64,000 nt of DNA from Lama glama (Eukaryota), in the NCBI GenBank assembly GCA_028534125.1, contig CM052816.1:84260001-84324000 (forward strand), read 5' to 3'. How positions within the stretch are numbered: the stretch's first letter is position 1; each line of letters opens with the position of its first letter. The position numbers and the translations under genes were made by a program. This document shows positions 1 to 14,560 of the stretch, piece after piece. The notes beneath the pieces are model-generated. The model searched no databases. It was not told where the DNA came from and saw nothing but the letters and a program-made list of their open reading frames with translations.

Positions 1-149
1 ATGTTTTAAAAATATTATTTAACAGTGTTTCTTATTTTGTGTATAATGTGTACAATAATTATAATGATTATGCTAGTTATAAATATATATATATATCATT
101 CATTATTTTAAAAATATGTACTAGAAATTATATTAAGGGCTTCACATGA

Positions 150-280
150 ATTCTGCAAAAGTCTTCACAATAGTGTTCCATACTTGTTTTACAAATAAAG
201 TAGTAATTTAAGGCAGATTGTGTTAACTTCTCTGAGACTTAGTGCTGATTTGTAGCAGATTCAGGATTGAAACACATCCA
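150..280 (-). mobile_element. MIR SINE fragment, highly decayed
   Basis: ttttacaaataaag...ttaacttctctgaga...gcagattcaggattgaaac resembles the reverse-complement MIR core. Confidence 0.5.
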
Positions 281-3200
281 TTTAAAGGACATTAATAAAA
301 ACTAACCTTTTATTTTATTGACTTTTTATTATATTACTAAAAACTATTTTAAGTCAACATTGATGTTCATGGATTTTTCATTTGTATCTGATTTATCTGA
401 AATTAGGTGGAATGCAGCAAACAGGGATTAAAAACCCTACTTTACAGGCCTGAAAAGTGAGTGAACCACTGGATAAAAGAAAACACAAGAAAATGACAAT
501 GAATAATTATTGGATATCCTTTATATACACCATACTATTCTTTTTTAAACATTTTAATATATACATATCTTATGATCTATTCTAAAATGTTTCTTAAATG
601 GATTTTTCATCTCATTTAGGAGCATATTGTGCAACAAAACAGAAATATTCCATAGTAATTTAGGAAAAAAAAACGATCTGTGGCATAATATGATGAATAC
701 ATGATTAATGTGAACTGATTACTAGCTATTGTGGATGCACAGTCCAAGGCTTTAATAATCATACTTAATATCCTAAGACACAGTGCCAGAATTAAGAATG
801 AAAATTTTACATTTGACTCACAGTTGTGTTATTTATCATGTTATTGTTGAATAAATATAAGCATTACATAATACTGCTTTAGTTTTCTTAATTTAGTTTT
901 ACCATGTGAAAATTAAGATTTTAAGTTGAATAAATTTCAATGAAATGAATACAAATGTTTTTAAAAAGAGCTATGGAATCTAAATCAAATGTTCAGCTTT
1001 TCTATAAACAATTACTAAGTGAATTTTATATTTGAAATTGAAGGTCATTTTGGGACATTATCTTCATCAGGTCACCAAAATATTCATTAAACAGTATTGT
1101 GGTTAATTCATAAGGAACTTAAGACATTAGACTGCAAAAATTTAAAGGGTCAGGGAAAGTTGGACATATGAAGGAAGGATAAAAATAACTGTTATTGTTT
1201 GCTAAATATAGTTCTCTAAGGACTGAATGCAAAAGAGATGACAAAATTAAGATGAACTACAAGATGGGATGGAAATGACAGGCATGAGAAGTCACATTTG
1301 CATCTCCACTTCACTTTCTATAAACAAATATATTCCATCAAAATGATATATTTCAAAAGTTGCTTCCCTTGCAATTTTCAAATTTCTGTTCTATAATTTT
1401 TCATACTGTAGGTTAACATTATATATTGTATAAAATTATTAAATATAATTTTAAGAAAAAAATAACTAAGAACAACAACTAAACCTTGTTGACTTACAGA
1501 TTTACACAATCACTAAAGATTCTATTAAATACAGCAGTATCAAATGTTTAGATACTGATCCTTATCAGTATAGTCCCAAATATCATGTTACTTTCCAACA
1601 TATTTATGACTCTGGGGTAAAGCCAATGTTTATCTCTTTTTAGCAAGATAACCATGTGCATATCTGTCATGGGATAAACAGATTCACAATGTTAACAACT
1701 TCTGAAAAAAACCTGTTTAACAACAAAAGAACACATTGGCAGAAAATATTGGTTGCCACTTCTAAGCACAGAAAATGGGTTGCATTCACTCCTTTTAAAA
1801 TTCAGTTTCTTTCTTGACAAAAATTTACTTAAACATCCAGAAGCCATATAAGGGAATCAAAAATGCTGTAAGCTCAAACATGAATTTTGACAAGGGAACA
1901 CTTGTTCTAGAATTGTCATCAGAGCAGGTGTCTGCATTGAGCAATAATAGACATTTCAAGCACTAGAAGTGGCAGAAGCAGAAAGCAAAGGAAAGCTTTA
2001 GACTCTCGAGGTCACTACATCTACACTAGATTTCCAGGATTGCCCGAGGCAGCATTATATGATTATTGCATGATTACTTATTGTAGCAATAGAGGAGTTG
2101 TTGCGCCTCAGAGGAACCATGCTCGATTTTCTACTCTAGCAACAAGAAGGTAACAAACAGAAGCAGTCTTTTGGAACCAGGAAATCATTTTGTGTAAATA
2201 TTGCACATATGGTAAGAGGAGTTATAGAAATCTATGATATAAAAGCTGGTTTTCTTGATTTTCTTGAACAGTAAAGTTTTTGTTTTCACTTCGGCACAGT
2301 AATGGGTCAATCAAAGACCAAAACTGAAAAATAACAACTCGTGTGTGTCCAAGTGTATCAATCAAATCTGAAAATTGATTGTGCATGTAAACTATGTATT
2401 AGCCTACACACATATGCACAAGAATCTTCAAATTGTGAATTGCAAGTTAATATGCCCATTATTAAAATGTTTGTTTTAATGTTACAAAAATATTTTTATT
2501 AAATTTTCCATCTTGGTCATCTTAATTACACAAACTGTCTTAAATTATAGGAGCAGAGGACCAAATTGATGAATCATTAATTGTTAAGAGGGAAGATACT
2601 TCATTTTAAGTACAAAGGGATTTTCTTTATCTGGAAATGTGTGTGTGTTGAGGGAGTGGGTAAGCATGAGCATGTATTCACATAAAAATTTCAGATGTAT
2701 CGCAATGGCAAATTTCAAAAAGCATATGCATTCATGATAAAGAAAATAAATCTATACTTTTCAACAGATGGCCCTATAATCTACATACCAATTCTCTAAT
2801 TTCCTAGCATTTTGATGACTTACTTTACATCATAAAAAACAATTTCCTAATCTCTGATTATAATCCTGTTGTTACTGTAAGTCTCACTGATCTTAATCAG
2901 TCAGTTTTCTTTACCATTGCAAGTTTGGCAGAAGCTGGAAATTTCTGTAGGATTTAGGACTGATGTAATCAGATGGGTTTGACGAAATGCCCATATATTT
3001 CCATAGTCAGCCTCCTACAGTCCCTTCTCTTCTACCATGTCTTACATCCATTCTCTGAAACAAAACTTCCATTATTGGTTTATTTCTCAAACTCTTCTGC
3101 TCTGTTATTTGGACCTCCTTACAACAACACAATTCCTTCATTACATTTATGAGCATTGCCTCCAATGATTTCCTTACTGACTTCTAGCTCTCTTAACATA

Positions 3201-3524
3201 ACATCAATTTCCTTGAAGCATTCAGGAGTAAAGGATATTCCCTTTTCTGAGATTTTTTCCTACCAGATCATAAGACCAAGAAAATAGCCAGTATGCTATA
3301 AGCTCACCTGTGAGCATTGAGCACTAATTGTTTTTCATCTTCATTAAAGCACTTTCAAGAGGTAAGCTCTGTTTGCTTTGTTACTCAAGTCACCCAAATC
3401 TGGATCGCCTGCCTGTGTTTATTTAAAGGATTGCTCATCTAACACTTAGGTTCTTTTTACTAACCTCGTTCAATTTATTATTCATGTGAGAGAGAAATGA
3501 AAAAATCTAACATTAACCTTTTAT

Positions 3525-3970
3525 TAATTATTTTTGAAATAATTATAGATTAATTGCAGTTGCAAGAATAATAGAGAACAATCCCATAAACCGTTTACTC
3601 ACTCATTTCCTCACAACAGTGACATCTCAGAAAATTACAGCCCAGTATCACAAACTGGATATTATCACTGATCCCATTAGGATACTGAGAATTTCCATCA
3701 CTGTAAGGATCCTTCATGTTGCCCTATTTCAGCCAGATCCACTTCCTTACAAGCCCCACATCCCTTACCCATCTTTAATCCCTGGTAACAAAGTTTCTAT
3801 TTTCTATTTCTATAATTGTGTCATTTCAAGAATGTCCTATAAATGGGGTCAGGTGAGTAACCTTAGAGTGTTGACTTTTGTCCCTTGGTGTAATTTTGTG
3901 GTGATCCAGCCAGCTTGTTGCATATATCAGCGGTACTTTTCTTTTTATCACTGAGTAATATTCCCTGGTT
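3525..3970 (-). mobile_element. Old L1 3' end (L1MC/L1MD-like)
   Basis: tttttgaaataattatagat...gttgcaagaataatagag...tcatttcaagaatgtcctataaatgg matches antisense L1M 3' UTR; accounts for ORFs 3619-3954 and 3826-4029. Confidence 0.75.
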
Positions 3971-5329
3971 TCTGTGCTCCCGTTAATTTTTAAAAACCAA
4001 TTATTTTTTTCTCTCAGCAGTTCAGGCAATCACTGCTAATACACAGCCTTTTTCGATCTTAACAGCTTTGAAATTTTTTGTTCTATGCCTTTCTTTTTCA
4101 TCGTGATTCCCTATTCATCAACTTGATTCCACCTGTTCTCTTATAGAAACTTCACTTGTGCTTCAAATTCTAGTCTCACAGAAGTTATTTTGTTCTGTGG
4201 CAATGTTCATTCTCCTAGCGTCATGAATTTGGCTGTTCAACTAGTTTTCCACTTCAGATTACCTTTTCCTGGCATACTCATTCTTCTTGCTCTTCTCAAC
4301 ACCCAAAATCTGCTCAGTCATGTCTCCAGGCATACTCCTGGGTAAAGTCCTTAACTTTACTCAGTTTATAAGCCTTGCACATTTTTCTGCCAGTTGTTTA
4401 TATTCCTCACAAAATCAATTCTAAACTTGCATTAATTTCTGCTACACTTAGCAAATGACATTGCCTCCAATTTTTGCAGTGAATATGATGTTCATAATGT
4501 AAGACAACTGTCAAATTCCTGTGAAATACCCTGCAAATGTAAACAGAATATGAGCTATCCAATCTAGTGTTCTTCTCCAGTGATCACTTCTAGAAACTTA
4601 TTATATCAGTCCTTTCTCACTTTGTTAGCACTTTCTTTCCCCTTAGTTCTTTCTGTCTCTCCTGTTAATTACTGTCGTCAGAATTAAACTTTCAAATCTA
4701 CATTAGTGAATAGGAACACAGTTATTCAAAGTCATCTCTAAAAGCAGAATGTCACCTGCTGGTGTGGATTGGACTGAAATCTAATTGAATGTATTAATAA
4801 CTATCAATAAGAGGTGACACTCAGAGGTTTAGGAAGGGCTGGTAATCAATGCAAGAAGAGCAAAAAGAGATTATCAGCCATAATCATTAGCAATATCCAA
4901 CCAAGAATTGCAAGTACCGTAGCCCATCTGTAAGGCCATCGGACTACTTTAAGCCCTTCTAATTATGACTTGGCCACTTTAAATATATGGAAGCAAGGAG
5001 AAAAGTGCAATACACATGCTGACAAAAACAAAAACAAAAAGGTGTGTTACTCATATAACACATATTTTTAATTGAAAACTAACGGATTAGAATTCCATAC
5101 CTATGTGAATCAATCTCCTAATTCCATCAGTGTGATATCACTCTGAAGAGAATCACGCCTTATCAGATTCATAAAATCTTATTTTTGAATTTTCTACTGA
5201 GGACCTCAGCCTTGGGTTTTTTCGTAATTTTACTAAAGAATAATACTACTTATATGTCAAAAGCTCTATAGCTTTCATATTTTGCCAATGTTTAAGACTT
5301 TCATCTTAGCTCCTCCTGCTCCAGTGGAT

Positions 5330-6290
5330 GACGTCCCACCCCACCTCCTCGAGAAAGCAGAAGCCACCAGAAACTTACTGATGAAGCTCTGGCACCACCA
5401 AGAAACTTACATATGTTGAACTCTACCTTTGTCTCCAGTATCAAAGGGAAAAACATCAACCTCCTGTCCAAATCTGTAGCTGTCCCCATTAGTTTTCCAC
5501 TCAGAAGGCCCTTCAGATTCCTTTATGTGTCCCTGTCCCACAGCCTCCCCAAGCTGTGCTTCTAACAAGGGCTTCTGGGAGCCCTCGGACGACTGGAAAT
5601 GCTTCCCCTCAGAGTTTATGTACCCTGAGGGTCTACTTAGCCAGCGACTTACTGACACAAGAGGATGAAAGCCCGCTCCCCTTCCTGGGGTGAGAAGAAG
5701 CTCTTACTGTCACATTTACTCCAGAGGCTCCTGCAGAATTCTTGCAACACCAGGACTTCACTTGCAATTACAGCTTTGACTTTTTCCCTATCTTGCTCTC
5801 TTCTGTGTTTCACTCCCTTCTATGTTTCCCTAATGAATCACTTGCACATAAACCTGGATCATATGCTCTACTTTTAGGGAATCTGACCTAAGACAAAAGT
5901 GAATTGCAACCACCACCAGCATTTGGTATCATATCGTTCTCTACATTCATTAGGAAACTTATCTATCTCCTATTATGCTTATTTCACTAGTATTTCCCTT
6001 TCTCTGAATTTTCCTTTGATCCATCTTCTCTAATTATTACCCAACTTCCTTTTTTTCTCATATATAAAATACTGGAAAGAATAGTCTGTGCTCGTTTCTC
6101 CAGGTCATCACCTCCTCTTTGCTTTCAGCCCATTGAAATTTAGGTTGTGTCTCCCTTATTTTATTAAAATTATTTTACTAAGATTAGCTAAAGCCTCCTA
6201 ACTGACAATTAATCAGATACTTTTTTTGCAACAATTAACATTTTTACCTATTTTTTCTTCAACTACTTATTCCTTGACATTAATGATACA
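5330..6290 (+). mobile_element. L2 LINE fragment split by an LTR16-like insertion
   Basis: L2-like text before 5475 and after 5895 (ctggaaagaatagtctgtgctcgtttctccagg...cccattgaaatttagg). Confidence 0.55.
5475..5895 (+). mobile_element. ERVL solo LTR, LTR16 family
   Basis: Starts tgtagc; ends ctaatgaatcacttgcacataaacc...gggaatctgacctaagaca, the LTR16-type terminus; GC-richer than flanks. Confidence 0.75.
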
Positions 6291-9200
6291 AGTATATTCA
6301 TTTATGCATTTATTCAAGAAATATTTATTGAGGTCTCTATGGACTGCCTACTGTATCAGATAACAGAAAAAAAATAATAATATGCTTTAAAAGCAAATAA
6401 TAGACAAGCATAACCCAACCTGCTGGGATAAGGCAAGTTTATTTGAAAGACCTGAGATTTTTGCTGAATCTTATATGACTTGTGGGAATTATTTGTGGCA
6501 TCTTTCAACTGCCTATAATTTCATAATCTACCAAAATAAAAGTAAAATTTGGAGTAGCTATAATTATCTTTACCTAAATCCAAGCTCACATTAGTATTTT
6601 TGGAGAGTTAAATATCTCATTTTGCAATACTCCAAACTTTTACCTTGACACTGAGAAAAATGCCCTCTCTCCCTATTAAGCTCCTAATTTTATTATACTT
6701 TTTTTCCTTTCCTCAGGTATGCCACTAGCTCTTTCACGTCTTCCTTGAAATCCATATATGCAGATAATCTATACGTTCTAAATACTTTTTTACAGCAGCT
6801 CTGCACTGATCCCAGTTTGTTAGCATGTCTTACCAATGCTTTCTTTCATCTATCATAGCAATTGAGTAGAAAAGAATCCTATGATAGCTGAGTTAAAATT
6901 TCATGTAAGTTTAAAACTTATGGATAACTGCTATTAAAGCCTATTGACTGAGGCTAAGTTTCTTCTCTGAAATGCCAGAACTGAGAATTCAAATATTAAG
7001 CATAGAGAAACATTCAATTAAAATACCCACCAATGCAGGTTAAAATTGTAGCCTAGGGAGATAGGGAAAATCTATTCTTGAATTCATAAGTAACTGGTAG
7101 AGTCATTAAAGGGAAAGCATGGGAGAAAAACAGTTTTATTTAAATTGTTGCATCTCTGTGTAAAGTAACAGCATTGAAAAATAGAAAATTCTTCAGTTAG
7201 TAATAGTGGCATGCTAAAAGAGAGAGATCATTCCAACTCAGCTTGTGAGACAAAAATAAATAATGTAGGGCAGTGGAAACTGTAGGATGAAAAAGAGACA
7301 CCTATACTGTATTAGAAGCAAAAAGAGAAACCGTGGTTAAACTTATCTAAGCATGTCCTAAAGGTAAAAAAGCTTCTATATTCCAACTTAACCCTTTGAA
7401 ATCCAGATAAATAAGTACTCAGAGCTGGACCAGTAGCCTATGACCTCACATGGTATATGGACCCAGGGTTCTTTCCTAGACTAGCAATTCCAATAGTGAA
7501 TTATTCAAAACTGAAGTCTCCATCAAATTCGGGTTCCAAGACCATACACAATTTTAGAACTTCGAGAAGTTAAATTTATGTTGTCCACTCTTATGTTTAC
7601 AAATGCTTATTCAAACTTACTGTTTTCCAGGAAATGTGATAAATGGTATAAATATCATGAGTATAAATACAACTTCCTTATATCAGTTATTAACATTGTG
7701 TCCATTTAATTGCTGTGTATTTTACTGATGTAACCTTGAAAGATCCCAGAAGGATAAAATCTGCTCAACCTGCAAATCACTGGTATATTTTTAAAAACTA
7801 CTATTTATTTCATATGTGTTAGAAAGTCTAAGAAAGACATTTCTAACAAATGCCTATAGTACATAATTATATGTGGAAAATGTATAACTTTAAAAGCACT
7901 TTAAATCTTTCTAAGATCAGAGGCTAAAAAAGGCAAAAACATAGTGAATTACTTTCTTTCATGTTTGATTGTTAAAGTCCTAAAAACATTCTCAAATTCA
8001 CACAATAATGTCTTTGTCAAATCTTTATAAAGTTTGAAATATTATTAACACTAACTTTGATGGTGGCAAATCTTTAAAAAATATTATGCATGGTATGCAA
8101 TTGTGGTTTTTTTTTTTGGGTCTGGTTTTATTTAGAGCCTATGTAAAAATACAAAAATATGTTTATTTTTTATAAAATTAATCTAGGAAAACCATAAAAT
8201 TTAATACTTATTTTTGACATAATATACATAGCTTATAATACAAACGAGCACTGAATGGCTTTACTTTTATTATTTCAAACAGAGAATGTGTTTTAAAAGG
8301 CAACGTACAAATTTTGGACCATGAAAAGAAAATATGAAAACCTTTAGACAAGCTGTTAGCTAACATTTGAAAACCAAATCAAGCAGGTTTACAATATAAT
8401 GCAGCAGATGGAGAAAATGTGATCCCCCTGGGAATATATTTTCCTTTTTTATTATTTTAACTGAGTACTGTTCATGGGCCTCTCAAAAGAATAGGTTTTT
8501 GCCCCCACAACATGCTTCATGTTACCATGAGATAATATTCTTTCAAATATTTTTCTAATTATGTCTACTGGTAGTTAAGGATAAGGGGATGTTAATACAA
8601 GAAAATGACAAGATCATATTTTACTTTAAAGAGTAAACAGTTATATAATATTGTTTATTTTAGGTAGGTGTAAAATACATGTGTGAAAAAGTGACACTTA
8701 CTTAGAAAAATATTAAATTATTTGTACTGCCATAGACTTTAGCCTCAAATATATATTTCTGATTGGAAGCAAGGCAAAATGTATGGAAACAGGTGTTACT
8801 CACTCATTTTAAAAAGTAAAGACCCAATGGTACCTTTTAAAGGAGTTAGAGATGGTAGAAACATGAGGCAGATAGACCAAAAAAGATACTGTGTTCACAT
8901 ATTCCATTGGAGAACTAAACTAATTCAGCAATTGAGATAAAGAAATGTATAAGCAACTCTCCCAGATTGTGTATTCTATAAAACATACTAAAATTAAATA
9001 CTGTTTCTTTAGTAATACTTATTTGGGGCAAATATAATGTTGACAAATTCCCAACTGAATAAATCTGAAATGTATAAATGAAGACATACAATGAAAAGAA
9101 ACTGAAAATGTTATTTCAAACAAATCTAAAAAAGGTACTTAATGGAGTAGAGGAAGTGAACAAAATATTCAATTAGGACTCACAAATTTATTTCAACATA

Positions 9201-9549
9201 AAGGCAAAATGTGGAAACAATGAAATTCAAATGCAAAAGCCTTCTTTCTCTCAATTTTTATTTTGCATTTGGCTGAAGGATATGGCAGTAGAATGAAAGA
9301 AATAGCAGAGTCTGCATTAAAGTCTGTTAACCTGCTGAGAAAAGCTGAAGCCAACTGGAAGATACCATACTATCTACAGATAGTAAAATGCCAATATTGA
9401 TATCGATACAAATACTTAAATTGCCTTTGGATTCTAATTTCAAATTTCCTTTATGGACGTAAATAGAATGGCTACAGATGCATCTATTATGAAAGATATA
9501 AACTTATCAGGATTAGAAATTGAAGAATTAAGTCCTGAGTATATTGATA

Positions 9550-9695
9550 ATCAATGTGTTCTATGTCCAGCCAGCATCAACGTTAAATGGGAGCTAATTA
9601 CGTGGCATCTCAGACCCTCCCCTAGACCTATAAAATCTGCATTTGAACAAGATCTCTAGGTGATTCATATGCAAATTACAATTTGAAAAGAGTTG
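9550..9695. mobile_element. MER5A-like hAT-Charlie MITE
   Basis: cagcatcaac...ctcagaccctcccctagacctat...atctgcatttgaacaagatctctaggtgattc. Confidence 0.7.
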
Positions 9696-12284
9696 ATTTA
9701 ATATATATAGATTATGTTTGGCAGATAAAGATGTTATAAATGCTTTCTATAGTTACATTTACAGTGATAGAAGGAAGTCACCTAATAAGTGCAAATACAA
9801 GTCATTTTAGCATTTATCCCCAAAGTATTCATACCATTTTACTGGGGAGAAAATAAGATTCTTATTACAATGTGAATTACCCAAATTATCTTATGTAATT
9901 TGTCTGGAACTTAAAATTTAATATAAAATTATGAGAGCTTCCATTCAAAATTCTAAAATTTATCAAACATAGGAAATATTGAAATATCTAAGTAGTTTCT
10001 CTAAAATCTAAATAGGCCTAAGATAACAGAGGTTATGATTTTATGATTAGAATATGAGTTTTCCTGGAAATAGCAAGTGCAAAATGACATATCATATGGT
10101 ATTTTAATAGTTTTTGGAAAATCTACCTGATCAAGGAAGGAGACTGAATTAATTACACCTTTATAGTGGATTCTAAGAGATTTCCTTTCCTCTCCTTTCT
10201 ACATTAAAGTATTGTACAATTCCTATTGCCGAAGAAAGTAATGGAGTACATCAGAATTTATAACACATATTTCATATTTTATATCTTTTCCTATATAACA
10301 AATATAAAAAATGAATTTTTGTGTAGGTAATCTAGCAACAAGTTATATTAAAAAGTGTATAGTTTTCAAAGACTCAAAAGACTTTTACTGAAATATTTTG
10401 CTTCAAATTACAAATGGTAAAGACTAAGTTCTTGAAAACTAAATTTTGAAATAAAGAAATCAAATAGATCTTGAAATAAAGGGCAAGCACTTAATAATCA
10501 AATCATTAAAAGGTTAATATTGAAATATTTGATGACAGTGCAATATATATCCCTTTATTTTTTAAGACTAATAAGTTATGCTAAGATCTCATTTTTAGTA
10601 AAATGAATGGAATAAACACAATCAAAACTCAACATAAAAGCAAACACAGGAGAAACTGTACAGTGGTTATTTTGCAGTGATATTGGCATCACTGTAAATT
10701 ATCATCGCAATACTAGTAGATATTAGTATTGACTAGAATTTTATTCATACCTCTCTACTTTTGATATTCTCTTCAATAAATAGACATAGTACATTGTTAA
10801 TGAGAAAAAAATTCTAAAATAATAAATTATATCTACATTGGTATTTGACAAAATTTTAAAATCTTAATGAAAGTTATATTAATATTGGAAAGCTTAACAA
10901 AGAAACAGGGTGAAAAATGTATGTATATGATAATTTTATGATGTTTTATATCTTTCCTCCTATTAGAATATAAACTTTGAGAAGCTGAAAAAATATATTG
11001 TGAGAATTATTTAAAACATTCATAAAGAACACATTAAAACACATTCTATGTGAAGTATTTCATGTTCCCATGGAAATAGATGTAAGGTAAAATGTGTGGA
11101 TAATATGCCATTGTGTTTACATAAAATTCTTCTCTTTTTCTAATTGTATTGGCCAATTCTGGTGGAAGTCTGGATAAATTTCAACTTAACTGATATTACA
11201 ATTGACATTATTAAATATATATTATATTATAATATACTTATTTTTACAAAAGCATATTTGATTGAACACAAAGACTTCTATTTGTTCTTTAATGGTTTTC
11301 AAAACCAATGAAATAATTGGATTTGCAAAGATCAATTGGACCCTACAATTTAAGTACATCAAAATCCTCTCTCCAGTTTCTGAATGATTTAATATCTTGC
11401 ATGTCTACAATTTGGGGACTGTTTCTTTCTAATATTGATATAGGAAAGATGTTTTCTAACATGCCACTAAAACTCTGCTCACATTTTTACCTGAAAGTTA
11501 AAGCAATACTGACACATATCTGTACTATTATACCACTTGTGCTTCTAAAATACTTATGTAGAACCTCATGGCTGATAAATTACTGTAATAATTACAACTG
11601 AATTTAGCTATCATAGGTGATGATCACATACACTTCTAAATTAAGCTTTATCTCAAAACAACACAATTTTCACTTATGGATTTTGTTTACTGAATATAAC
11701 TGATAATGATTGTATATTCACTTAAAAGACTGACAGTTTGTATTGACTCAATATCCTAATAATTATTATACATTCATTATGCCCAAATGCCCACAATATA
11801 GTTTTAAAACACTCATGTAACTAAAATGGATTATAAGATACAAAAGAAAAATGGTCCACAATGTTCAGTTTTGAATAATTTCATTTAAACAGCATTATTT
11901 TTTGCTACTATGGGAAAATTTAACTCATAAAAGCAAAAACATGGCAACATTAATGTTGATTTGTAAATGCTGCTCATAAGTTTGCAAAATGTTGGATTTC
12001 ACGTACAGGTATCTTAATCAGGAGGCAAAAGTTTCACTGCAATTCATGTATACATATAATCAGATATAGTCATTTCCCAATGACATGAATTTGTCAATAT
12101 ACACACTATTTAGTCTACAGAGTGTTAGTGCTATGTATACTGAGCAATTGCAACAGAAAGCCATAAAAGCACTGATTTAGAGGGTATTTCTTCTTCCATC
12201 TAAACAGTAATAGTCAATCAAAACTTTCAAACAGTGTTTTGCAAGTTAAATTATATTATTTGATAATTAATAATTAATCATTTT

Positions 12285-12286
<2 letters not shown>

Positions 12287-12310
<24 letters not shown>
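12287..12310. repeat. (AC)12 microsatellite
   Basis: Read directly from the sequence. Confidence 0.95.
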
Positions 12311-12315
<5 letters not shown>

Positions 12316-13324
12316 GAGCACTCATGCCTTTATTATAATACTTTACATAACTGGTTATTTCACACATAATAACTCTCTCAACCATTATTCAAAATGGTAA
12401 TCTTGGCATTTTAAATTTTTGTCCCTATTTTGATTTCATTCATTGCAGGAGTAAATTTTCTCAGCTGACTAGTGTTAAAATGTAAACATGAACTTTATTA
12501 CAAGCAGATGTTTATTTTATAACATAAATATTTAAATTAGTGAATTGCACGGAGTTCTTTAATGAAAAGTGTTAACTTTATTGAGGAAAACTTAATTGCA
12601 GAATGGTTATTACTGTGAATAAGTTTTGCATGTATGTCTATCTACCTGTCTTTTATTTTTATTGCATCATTAGTTTTAATTGCTTTAATTATACCAAGTT
12701 AAATTTATTTGCATGTTATCATTGTGTATAGGTATATATTTTAGCAAGCAAGTATTGTGAATCACAGACATCTATACTGTACAGTCTGTGAATAATTCTG
12801 AAATAAATTTACATATTTATTTATGGAGCTGTATTGGGATCACTGGGGTAGTTTCCCAAAATAGAAGAACTAATTTCTGTGAGGGTATTAGGAAGACAGC
12901 TGTCATATAATGCTTCCCAAGTAGTTTTCAAAGTACATAAACAACATCCTGTAATGAACACTCAGATTAGCAAATCAGACGAAAGAGTGGAAATTCATCC
13001 TGAATAACTTCTTAAAGAAAAGACATTTTGAAGAATTAAAGAACTGAAAATTCACTTTTCCTTGTCCCATACCAGTGTGATTTTTCACCCTAAAGTTTGA
13101 GGTTGTGTTTGTTGGTTTAAGTATCTTCTGAAATGTTGTTGAAGCCCATGCAATGATTTCTACTAAATTTAGAATAAATGTGAAGCCACATTGTGATACT
13201 AAATGAGTGAGAGAAGAATAGAACTAATCTTTTAATAAAAGTAACCATCCAGGAAAAAAATAAATCTGAAGAATGAGTTTATGTAGTAGTCTATGAGGTA
13301 GTGTCATTTGCCTTTCTTTTAAGT

Positions 13325-13610
13325 ACTATAAAATATATATAAAACTTTACTTCTTCTAGAATATTATATATAATCTATATGTACGTATTATGTATATATA
13401 CTTACAAAATATATAACTTTATGACTAAACGTATATTATGTATGTATACTTTGTGAATATACTAATAAAGTTTATATATTTGTGTTATATATAATATATA
13501 TATACACTACATATGCATTATATATAATATATACACACATACTTGGAACTAAGTATATACATTATATATACATAAAATGAATATGTTATAAATGGATATG
13601 TATATACGCA
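13325..13610. repeat. TA-rich low-complexity tract
   Basis: Degenerate (TA)n/(TATG)n run. Confidence 0.8.
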
Positions 13611-13619
13611 CTTTGAGGT

Positions 13620-14560
13620 AAACAGTAGGGAGAGCTTTAGGAACAGTGCTGCTGAGAAGTAAGGGAGACATTTCAGTATCACAGATAAAGGATAAACTAC
13701 TGACTGCTTCAGTTCTTCCAGAAACAACATCGTATATTAAAGCAAGAGTGCAAGCAGGGCAGTTGAATACAGCTAGGTAGTTATAGTCTACTTATAACCT
13801 CAGCAGAGGGGGAAAGTGAGGGCTGAAATTCTTCCAAGTAATCATGACACCTAGACTGAAGTTGGCTTAATGCAAAAGGAGTGACGATTCATAATTTATC
13901 TACCCAGAAGAGACCCACACGAATGTGCGTGAAGGTGCTACTGGGACCCAGCACAGAAAAGTCATCCTCATTCCTGAATAAGCTAACTCACTGTCTAGAA
14001 GTGAACTGTGAGTATCAGTCACTGCTCCAACTTAAGAAAGAAGAGAATGATTCTAACAGAAACTAAACATGTTATAAGAGGAACCACGGAGTCTTGCGTG
14101 TGTACGCAGACTTCACATGGGTTGATGTCTCTAACTACAATGAAAAACTAATCAAACCAAAGCTTTGAATTAGAAAAAAAATCTTACTTTTGAGATTAAT
14201 CACTACTGAAAATTGAACACATGTACAAAACCATTTATAATAAAATAATACAATGTATAATAAAATAAAATAATAAACATTTATAAATCAGACTATCAAA
14301 CAGTAAAAGATGGGAAAAGGCAAAATAAAATTCTCAGAGGAAAATGAGAATAATAAATATGGGTGAACTGTTAAAAGATGTACAAGGTCTAAATGGAAAC
14401 AATAAAGGCTGCAGAAAGAGAGAAATTGAACAACGAGAGAAAATTTGACAAATACGGAGCTCTTAGAGATCTGAGATGCCACATATGCAAATAGCATGGT
14501 ATCTAAAAAAAAAGATTAATACAAAAATAAAAACTAAATAAAAATAAAATTTGGATAAAA
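13620..14560 (+). mobile_element. Possible very old L1M 5' UTR/ORF1 remnant
   Basis: GC-richer leader followed by A-rich ORF1-like text (cttagagatctgagatgccacat); weak resemblance only. Confidence 0.3.

Noticed and set aside
1552..1571. Short hairpins (atactgat/atcagtat here; tcacagac/gtctgtga at 12762-12791)
   Set aside because: 8-bp stems are too short for a pre-miRNA and are expected by chance
8650..8670. Further AG|GT motifs (ttttag|gtaggt here; minus-strand ttcag|gtaat at ~51029)
   Set aside because: Weaker pyrimidine tracts and no clear downstream donor; expected by chance in 64 kb
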